Below, in pieces: positions 57,559 to 64,000 of a stretch of 64,000 nucleotides of DNA (its first letter is position 1; each line of letters starts with the position of its first letter). Source of the DNA: Terrimicrobiaceae bacterium. GTDB taxonomy: Bacteria; Verrucomicrobiota; Verrucomicrobiia; Chthoniobacterales; Terrimicrobiaceae. Made by a program: the position numbers and the translations under genes. Under the pieces are notes generated by a model that did not search any database, had not been told where the DNA came from, and worked only from the letters and a program-made list of their open reading frames with translations. The stretch spans positions 1 through 64,000 of the forward strand of contig JBGSVZ010000042.1 in NCBI GenBank assembly GCA_041752695.1. Direction: 5' to 3'.

Positions 57559-58329
57559 ATGAAACAACCCAGTGTAAATGAATTAGCCAAGATGATCGAC
57601 CACTCCCTACTGCATCCTACGATGTCGGATGAAGAAGTACAGACAGGCTGCGAGCTTTCCCGCGATTACGGCGTGGCGACGGCCTGCCTAAAGCCCTATG
57701 CCATCCGCCAGGCCCTGGGGATCTTTCAAGGCACGGACGTGATGGCGTGCGCGGTAATTGGGTTTCCGCACGGAAACAGCACAACGGGCATCAAGGTGAT
57801 CGAGGCGGAATCCGCAGCACTCGCTGGAGCAAGAGAAATCGACATGGTCGTGAACAACGGCAAGGTGAAGAGCGGCGCATGGGATTACGTACAGCGCGAA
57901 ATCGCCCTGATCAACGAGGTGGTCGTGGCGAGCGGCTCGATCCTGAAGGTGATTTTTGAGAACGACTTTTTGAACGAAGCGGAAATCATCAGGCAGTGTG
58001 AAATTTGCTCGGAGGTGAATGTGGCCTTTGTGAAAACCTCCACAGGATACGGCTTTGTCAAGCAGGCCGACGGACAGTATAATTATAGGGGTGCCACGAC
58101 CGAGCACCTCAAGTTGATGCGCCAGCACACGGCACCTCATATTCAGATAAAAGCCGCGGGCGGCTTGCGCACGCTCGACGATCTTCTTTTGATGCGCGAA
58201 CTGGGCGTCACCCGCATTGGTGCCACGGCCACCAGGGCGATTCTCAACGAGGCGATCAAACGAGGTTTTGTTGGATCCCTGCCGCGTCCGCATCTGGATG
58301 GAACTGCCGCTATCCCAGCGGGTTATTGA
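57559..58329 (+). CDS. deoC: deoxyribose-phosphate aldolase
   Basis: IDHSLL, VIGFPHG, EIDMV, LKVIFE, VKTSTG, KAAGG and RIG motifs. Confidence 0.95.
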   Translation: MKQPSVNELAKMIDHSLLHPTMSDEEVQTGCELSRDYGVATACLKPYAIRQALGIFQGTDVMACAVIGFPHGNSTTGIKVIEAESAALAGAREIDMVVNNGKVKSGAWDYVQREIALINEVVVASGSILKVIFENDFLNEAEIIRQCEICSEVNVAFVKTSTGYGFVKQADGQYNYRGATTEHLKLMRQHTAPHIQIKAAGGLRTLDDLLLMRELGVTRIGATATRAILNEAIKRGFVGSLPRPHLDGTAAIPAGY

Positions 58330-58465
58330 GCCAGATTGACGAAACGGAAAACTCTTAGGTCATCGAGAAAAGGGGAGGAAAGGAGGCCTGTCTCTCATGT
58401 CCACATTACGGCGTTGGGGAACCGCCCCGACGGTGAGGGACTACCGCAAGACTTGCCGTCCGCGA

Positions 58466-60055
58466 TCAAAACTTCAGAGTGATGGCCACGCCCATGGTGT
58501 TACTGACGTAGTCGTTGCCCACATTGCTGCCGAAGCGCTGTTGCAGGTTGTCGAAAAGCTGGATTTCGACCCGGTTGAGGAACTGGTAAGAGAGAGACAT
58601 GCCGCCCTGCACGAAAGAATAATGCCCGTCCTCACTTTGCTCATCCGTGAGCTGTTCGGCGTACCCAAATCCCAGCTCCAGCCGGAAATTAATGCGCTCG
58701 AAAAATCGAATGAGCACCGAGGTGTTGGCCCCGGTGGTGATGTTCAGACTCACATCGTTGAAGGTGGTGTTGAGCACGTCGCGATAGAACGTGATGTTAA
58801 AGAGCGTGGTTGAGGACGGGTTGTAGCTGCACTGCAGGTTAAAGACCGGGATGCCGAGTTCGTTGCGTCCCTCCTCACTGATCGAGAGGTGCCGCATTTC
58901 GATCCCCGCCTCGCCTGACAGCACCAGCCCATCGGTGATTCGCCACGAACTTGTCATCTGCACCGTTTCGTAAACCTGGGTTTCGGCCGGCGCGACATAG
59001 GTCCCGACCTTGAGGGACAGTCCCGCCTTGACCGAAGTGGTCAGTTGGTAATACGCCCGACCCTTCACGGAATGTTCGACCTGCGATCCGCCGGGCTCGG
59101 TGTCTTGCCAGACACTTTCCCCTGTGAGTTCGACGGCGACTTTTTGCGTGACCGGATACTCCGCAAAAACGCGGGTGAGAAAGGTGTTCTGTTTGGCGAA
59201 ACCGCCTTCGTCATTGTCCACAAAAAGCCCGTTGGTCGTTAGATAGAAGGTATCGAGCCCGAGTTTCAGCTTGGTGAAAGGATACCGCAGCCGAAAAAAC
59301 ACGGACTGATTCACGCTGCCCAGATCCTTGTTTTTGGCAAAACTCACCACCGTCGGGGCATATAGGAGCTGCGCTTTGCCGCGGGTGCCGGCCTCCAGGA
59401 ATACGGCGGGCAAAAGCGTGGTGATCATGTCGCCTTGGGGGTTGGATGGCTCGCCGAAGACGTTGTTATTGTAGGCGGTGGAAACTCCGAGATCCACGCC
59501 GACGCGGAAGGGGCCGACCGGAGTGAGGGGCCGCACCCGTTTAAAAACCGGAATCGCCCTCGGCGCATAAACCATCGGGTAGAACGTTTCGCCGAACGGC
59601 AGTTCCGCCTCCTTACTTAGCCCCGCATAGGAAGGTCCGCCCGCCGAGAGTAACAGGGATTCTGCGGTAAAAACATTGCCCTCCGGCGTGGACAGCAACG
59701 AGCCCTCCGCGTTTTCGATGAAGAGATCGGAAAAGGGCACATCGCCCCTCGCCGCGGACGTGCCCTCCGTATCGGCCGCCGCCGCCTCGGCCTGCCCTGT
59801 GAGCGCCGCAGCGGCCGCCTGGAGGGGATCAAAATCATCCGGCAGGGTGAGGTCCTCCATCACGTCGTACCACGGCGAAAAGGCACTGGGATTCTCCACC
59901 GACGGGGTGGTGGTTTCCGTGGTGGAGATATTGGGTTGAAAAGGCTGAGGCCCCTGCACCGGTTTCGGAGTGGGCGTGGGCGCAAGGGTCTGGGCTCCGA
60001 CCACCGCCGGAAGGACGGCGACGAGCGCCAGCACCCACCGGATTTGCGGGATCAC
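58466..60055 (-). CDS. outer-membrane beta-barrel protein associated with polysaccharide export
   Basis: Signal peptide; acidic disordered linker; YNNNV first strand; terminal F; in operon with wza/wzc. Confidence 0.82.
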   Translation of the reverse strand: MIPQIRWVLALVAVLPAVVGAQTLAPTPTPKPVQGPQPFQPNISTTETTTPSVENPSAFSPWYDVMEDLTLPDDFDPLQAAAAALTGQAEAAAADTEGTSAARGDVPFSDLFIENAEGSLLSTPEGNVFTAESLLLSAGGPSYAGLSKEAELPFGETFYPMVYAPRAIPVFKRVRPLTPVGPFRVGVDLGVSTAYNNNVFGEPSNPQGDMITTLLPAVFLEAGTRGKAQLLYAPTVVSFAKNKDLGSVNQSVFFRLRYPFTKLKLGLDTFYLTTNGLFVDNDEGGFAKQNTFLTRVFAEYPVTQKVAVELTGESVWQDTEPGGSQVEHSVKGRAYYQLTTSVKAGLSLKVGTYVAPAETQVYETVQMTSSWRITDGLVLSGEAGIEMRHLSISEEGRNELGIPVFNLQCSYNPSSTTLFNITFYRDVLNTTFNDVSLNITTGANTSVLIRFFERINFRLELGFGYAEQLTDEQSEDGHYSFVQGGMSLSYQFLNRVEIQLFDNLQQRFGSNVGNDYVSNTMGVAITLKF

Positions 60056-62631
60056 GGCCCGCCGCGCCAGATTTGAATCGCCTCCAGCAGCCGGGCGCGC
60101 GCCTCCTCCCGCGACTGCCCACTGCCCGACAGCCCGTTCACCACCTGAGTGAAGAGCTCGTTGCGACGCGCAGCGGCTTGGGAATTGTCGAGGTGATGGT
60201 CGCCGGAGAGTTCGTTGCGCCAGATTTTCAGGGTGAGCAAAAGTTTGGCCCGGGCCTCGTCCGGGGGCATGCCCGAAGCCATCAACCGGTCCTGCAGCTC
60301 GCCGAAAATCTGTCTTCGCACCTCACCGGGCTCAGTGAAATCCCGCCGATTCTCCGAAGGAACCCTCACCGAAGCCCCGCAGGCACAGGAGCGAATGACC
60401 TGGAGGCCGGGGCGACCTTCCGCGTTGTTTTCCAACGCGCGAGTCTCGGCCAGAAAATCTTCCAGAGTTCGATACGTCTTGCCGCAGGCTCCACAGGTCA
60501 CCGGAAAGCCCAGCAAATCCTGCGAAGATGACTCCTCCGGCTGCGAGGTCGGGGTCCGAACGTTTTTCTGCGCCACCCCGTTCATAATGAGGCCGGAGGG
60601 TTTCGCCCCGGCCCGGCTGATCATTTCGAGACTCCGTTCCACGGCGGCTTTCGCGGTCTTACCCGCCCGGAAAACCAGACAGATCACAGGGAAAAATCGC
60701 ACAAACCCGAGCGTGTCACTCACCGGCTCAACCGGAGCAGAATCAAAAATAATCCGGTCGTAATGCTGTCCCGCCTCCTCCAGAAATTCTTCGAAGCGCT
60801 GCCGGGAAAGCAACTCCGCCGGATGCGCGGTGGGGCTTCCGGCAGCCACCAGATCCAGATTGGCCACGGTGGTCGCGTGAATCACGGAAGAAAATCCCGA
60901 CATCCCCTGGAGGTAGTCGGAAAGCCCCTGCGCGCCGCGGGAGCCCAGCGCGAGCTGCTCCAGCACCGGGTGCCGCAGATGCGCATCCACCAACAGGGTG
61001 CGCTGTCCGGTTTGCGCCAGCGCGATGCTGAGATTCAGGGCGCAGAACGATTTCCCTTCGCCCGGCAGGGCGCTGGTGACGAGGGCAAACGCAGAGTTTG
61101 GCCCATCCTCGCGCAGCCGGATCGCCGTGCGCAGGGTGCGAAACGCCTCCGCCACGGACGAGTACCGGTCGTTGATCACCGGGCTGTTTTTTAGATCCCC
61201 AGTGGCGGAAGAAGACTGCGGCACGGCGGTCAGGACGGAGAGATGAAACGCCGTCTCGGCCTCCTCCACCGTTTTCACACTCGAATCGAGCTGGAGAATC
61301 AGGAGCAGGAGACCCACTCCGACCATCAGTCCGCCCAACAGGCCGACAGCCAGCACCTTGAGCCGCGAAACACTCACAGGATAAGCCGGTCCGGCCGCTT
61401 TGACGAGCTGCAGCAGGACGGGCTGGCTCCGGGATTGGGACACTTCTTCGTTGAGGCGGCTCAACGTCGTCGCATAAGACAATTTTTCCGCATCGATCTG
61501 ACGTTTCAGCACCAAAGAATTCAGAGAGAGTTGCTTGAGTTCGATCACCCGGCTTTCCTGCGAAGCCTGCTCGCGGGCCAGTCCCTCCTCGTTGCGCTGG
61601 GCGGAGGCCAGGGCAACTTCCACACTGCGCGGTGCCTGGAGGATTTCCTGTTTGAGAGTTTTTTCTACCTCCCGCAGCTCGGTCTGGGTCTGGATCATCA
61701 GCGGGTTCATCGGTCCATACCGCTGGGCCAGCTTCACCAACTGACCGCGCAGTTCGCTCGCCCGGAGGTACAGGCGCTCGACGGCGGGCACTTTCGCAAT
61801 GCTTTCGATGGCGAGAAGTTTGTCCGGGTCGTTCAGGCAGGCCTGGATCTGTTCGTAGTCGCTGGCGAGCTTGAGGCGCTCGGATTTTGCCTGCGTCAGG
61901 CGGGAATTAAAATCCCGGAGCTGGTCGGCCTCAATGTTCATCTGATCATCGATGGAAACGCTGCCAAGCTTGCGCATCTCATCGTTGTACTTTTTTTCCG
62001 CCTCGCGCAGGGTCGCCTCCTGCTTCGCCGCTTCCTCTTTCAAAAAAACCACATTTCCTCCCAAGGCCTGCACGCGTTGCTCGCGGTCCTCTTCGATACC
62101 CTGCTCCGCCAGCACATCCGCCACCCTCTGCGCTGTTTCCGGATTCCAATTTTCGAAGGAAACCTCAATCAACCGCGTATCCTGCCTCAGCGCCACGGTG
62201 CTGTTCTCCATGAGATAACCCATCAACTCCTCCCGGGTCACGTCTGATGCCGGACGGCCCTGACCAACAAAGTTATCCGTGGTTTTGAGGTTCAGCGCCC
62301 TGATCACGCGCTCCATCACCTTGGGGTTGAGAAAGCTCGCCTCGATGGTCTTGAGATCTTCCGTCGTCGTCGCGCCCTCCAGCGCCGCCGGGCTGTTGCC
62401 CGACCCAATGGATGTTGCTGAACGGCGCTCCACCTTGATCTCCGCCGCTGACCGAAAGGCCGGCTTCACGTTTTGGAAATACAGCAACGCCAGTCCGACC
62501 CCAACCGCTACGGTGAGAAACGGAATCCACCAAAACCGTCGCAGCACGGCGAACAGCTTTTTCAGATCGATGGGCGACCCACCTCCCGAGGGGGAAAACG
62601 GGTCAGCCGCTCCTGCGTCCTCGAAGGCCAT
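60052..62631 (-). CDS. wzc: Wzc/GumC polysaccharide co-polymerase with atypical C-terminal extension
   Basis: Two TM helices flanking a coiled coil; TSALPGEGKS, LLVDAHLR and IIFDSAP motifs. Confidence 0.9.
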   Translation of the reverse strand: MAFEDAGAADPFSPSGGGSPIDLKKLFAVLRRFWWIPFLTVAVGVGLALLYFQNVKPAFRSAAEIKVERRSATSIGSGNSPAALEGATTTEDLKTIEASFLNPKVMERVIRALNLKTTDNFVGQGRPASDVTREELMGYLMENSTVALRQDTRLIEVSFENWNPETAQRVADVLAEQGIEEDREQRVQALGGNVVFLKEEAAKQEATLREAEKKYNDEMRKLGSVSIDDQMNIEADQLRDFNSRLTQAKSERLKLASDYEQIQACLNDPDKLLAIESIAKVPAVERLYLRASELRGQLVKLAQRYGPMNPLMIQTQTELREVEKTLKQEILQAPRSVEVALASAQRNEEGLAREQASQESRVIELKQLSLNSLVLKRQIDAEKLSYATTLSRLNEEVSQSRSQPVLLQLVKAAGPAYPVSVSRLKVLAVGLLGGLMVGVGLLLLILQLDSSVKTVEEAETAFHLSVLTAVPQSSSATGDLKNSPVINDRYSSVAEAFRTLRTAIRLREDGPNSAFALVTSALPGEGKSFCALNLSIALAQTGQRTLLVDAHLRHPVLEQLALGSRGAQGLSDYLQGMSGFSSVIHATTVANLDLVAAGSPTAHPAELLSRQRFEEFLEEAGQHYDRIIFDSAPVEPVSDTLGFVRFFPVICLVFRAGKTAKAAVERSLEMISRAGAKPSGLIMNGVAQKNVRTPTSQPEESSSQDLLGFPVTCGACGKTYRTLEDFLAETRALENNAEGRPGLQVIRSCACGASVRVPSENRRDFTEPGEVRRQIFGELQDRLMASGMPPDEARAKLLLTLKIWRNELSGDHHLDNSQAAARRNELFTQVVNGLSGSGQSREEARARLLEAIQIWRGGP

Positions 62632-63267
62632 CTAAAACACCGTCTCCGCGACGAAGATCACGTCACCCTCGCGCACATTAAAGTACTGGGCCGTGGCCGA
62701 CAGCGCGTTCACCCGGATGCGTTTGACCTCGCCGTCCTTCTTCCGGCTCACAAAAACTTTTTTCAAATTTCCGATATCGGAATTCCCACCCGCCATCGCA
62801 ATGGCCTCCGGCAGCGACACGGTTTGTTCCGGCGGAATGACATAACTCCCCGGACGCTGCACCCGGCCCCACACGGTGAAACGTCGTGGCGAATAGGCCA
62901 GCACGGTGATGTTGACCTGGGGATTAATGAGATACTTTTTGTCGAGTAGCTTGGAAATGCGTTCCGCCGCCTGCTCGACCGTCTCGCCCTGCACGGGCAC
63001 CCGTCCGATCAGCCCCACGGAAATCGTCCCGTCTCCCTGCACCCGCTGACGAGTCGTCATTCCGGGCTCCTGAAACACATCCACCTGCACAATGTCCCCC
63101 ACCCTCAAGTGATACACCTCACTCGCCGCCGGCTCGTTGAGGGCCTCCAGCATCTCCGAGGACTCGGGAGGAGTCGTCTCACACCCCACCAGCGCACAAC
63201 CCAAAAGGACCGGCAGCACGGCGCCGCGCATGAGAGCGGGTAAAGTCTTGTCGGAGAGGAAGTTCAT
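62632..63267 (-). CDS. wza: polysaccharide export lipoprotein (Wza/OPX family)
   Basis: Lipobox LVGC; YHLRVGDIV, DGTIS and EAIAMAGG motifs. Confidence 0.9.
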   Translation of the reverse strand: MNFLSDKTLPALMRGAVLPVLLGCALVGCETTPPESSEMLEALNEPAASEVYHLRVGDIVQVDVFQEPGMTTRQRVQGDGTISVGLIGRVPVQGETVEQAAERISKLLDKKYLINPQVNITVLAYSPRRFTVWGRVQRPGSYVIPPEQTVSLPEAIAMAGGNSDIGNLKKVFVSRKKDGEVKRIRVNALSATAQYFNVREGDVIFVAETVF

Positions 63268-63313
63268 AGCCGTTCGCCGCGACTCTCCGCGGGCAAAACG
63301 GAGACAGCGCAAA

Positions 63314-63337
63314 GTATTGACACGGCCTTGTCAATAC
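63314..63337. promoter_or_regulatory. perfect dyad GTATTGACA-N6-TGTCAATAC
   Basis: 9-bp perfect inverted repeat in the short divergent intergenic region. Confidence 0.6.
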
Positions 63338-63353
63338 CTCCATCAAAGAGGGC

Positions 63354-64000
63354 TTGGAAGATTTTTCTCGGTTCGCGCGGCGGTGGCTGCCCGTGGTGAT
63401 TTGGATGGTTCTCATCCTCGTGGCCTCGACCGACCTCGGCTCCCTTGGGATGTCCCGCCGCATCCTCAACCCCCTTCTCCTCTGGTGGGATCCTCAGATG
63501 TCCCACCGCGATCTTTACGCCGCCAATATCGTCTTCCGCAAAGCCTCCCACGTGGTGGAATTCGCCGTGCTCGCCATCCTCCTCTGGCGCACGCGGGATC
63601 TCTTGAAAAACCCGTGGTCCGGCTCCTGTTCCTTGCGACTGGGCGGGATGGTGCTCGCAGTTTGCGCCTTCTTTGCGGTTTCCACCGAACTGGTGCAATA
63701 CGCCTCCCGCAACCGGGCCGCGTCACCCTGGGATGCCCTGATCAATCTGGGAGGCTCCGGCCTCGGCCTTGCCTCCATTTTTGTCGTCAAATGGGTCCGC
63801 CGTCCCCGCCACCAGCCCAATACTTCGCGCATCCTCATCGCCTCCGGGGTGAATCTGGAACACGCGGAAGACACCACCGTGCTTTCGGATATTTGGGAGA
63901 CCGTCGCCGAAATTCGCCCCGACATCGTGATTGTTCTCGGCCCGGTCGGTCCCGTCGAGCGTGCCTCCGAATGGCTGGTTTTGCTGAAGGAAACGGCGGC
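63354..64000 (+). CDS. VanZ-family membrane protein with C-terminal extension (runs off window)
   Basis: Manual translation from TTG 63354: WLPVVIWMVLILVASTD...FRKASHVVEFAVLAILL...STELVQ..R..SPWDALIN; no stop before 64000. Confidence 0.8.
   Translation, partial: MEDFSRFARRWLPVVIWMVLILVASTDLGSLGMSRRILNPLLLWWDPQMSHRDLYAANIVFRKASHVVEFAVLAILLWRTRDLLKNPWSGSCSLRLGGMVLAVCAFFAVSTELVQYASRNRAASPWDALINLGGSGLGLASIFVVKWVRRPRHQPNTSRILIASGVNLEHAEDTTVLSDIWETVAEIRPDIVIVLGPVGPVERASEWLVLLKETA

Noticed and set aside
58410..58431. Possible second REP family (rc GTCGGGGCGGTTCCCCAACGCC)
   Set aside because: Single imperfect copy, insufficient support

Overview
High-GC bacterial chromosome window, most likely Verrucomicrobiota (inferred from the long GreA, DUF5069-like protein, RNase HIII and integrase type). 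The left ~2.7 kb is the end of an integrative element (IS3 end, interrupted radC-like gene, tyrosine integrase) abutting the 5' side of tRNA-Arg(TCT). Most of the window is housekeeping (ccsA-like, larE, chdC, folB, trpB, mutY, rnhC, greA, dapB, folK, panB, rodA, cimA), ending in a polysaccharide locus (49-64 kb). Four things stand out. (1) A LuxR-divergent, tightly coupled three-gene export operon at 10.5-14.4 kb: an outer-membrane beta-barrel and a 93-aa secreted protein share a 22-aa motif, followed by an 838-aa secreted low-complexity protein. (2) A KaiA-less kaiC-kaiB-kinase operon divergent from a LysR gene with twin boxes, preceded by a putative flavin-binding protein and followed by a hidden sORF and a LabA-like NYN gene. 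(3) A Wzc whose tyrosine tail is replaced by a Zn-ribbon plus a duplicated helical domain. (4) A REP doublet apparently translated in-frame within a signal peptide. All calls come from motif recognition by eye; no database searches were run.
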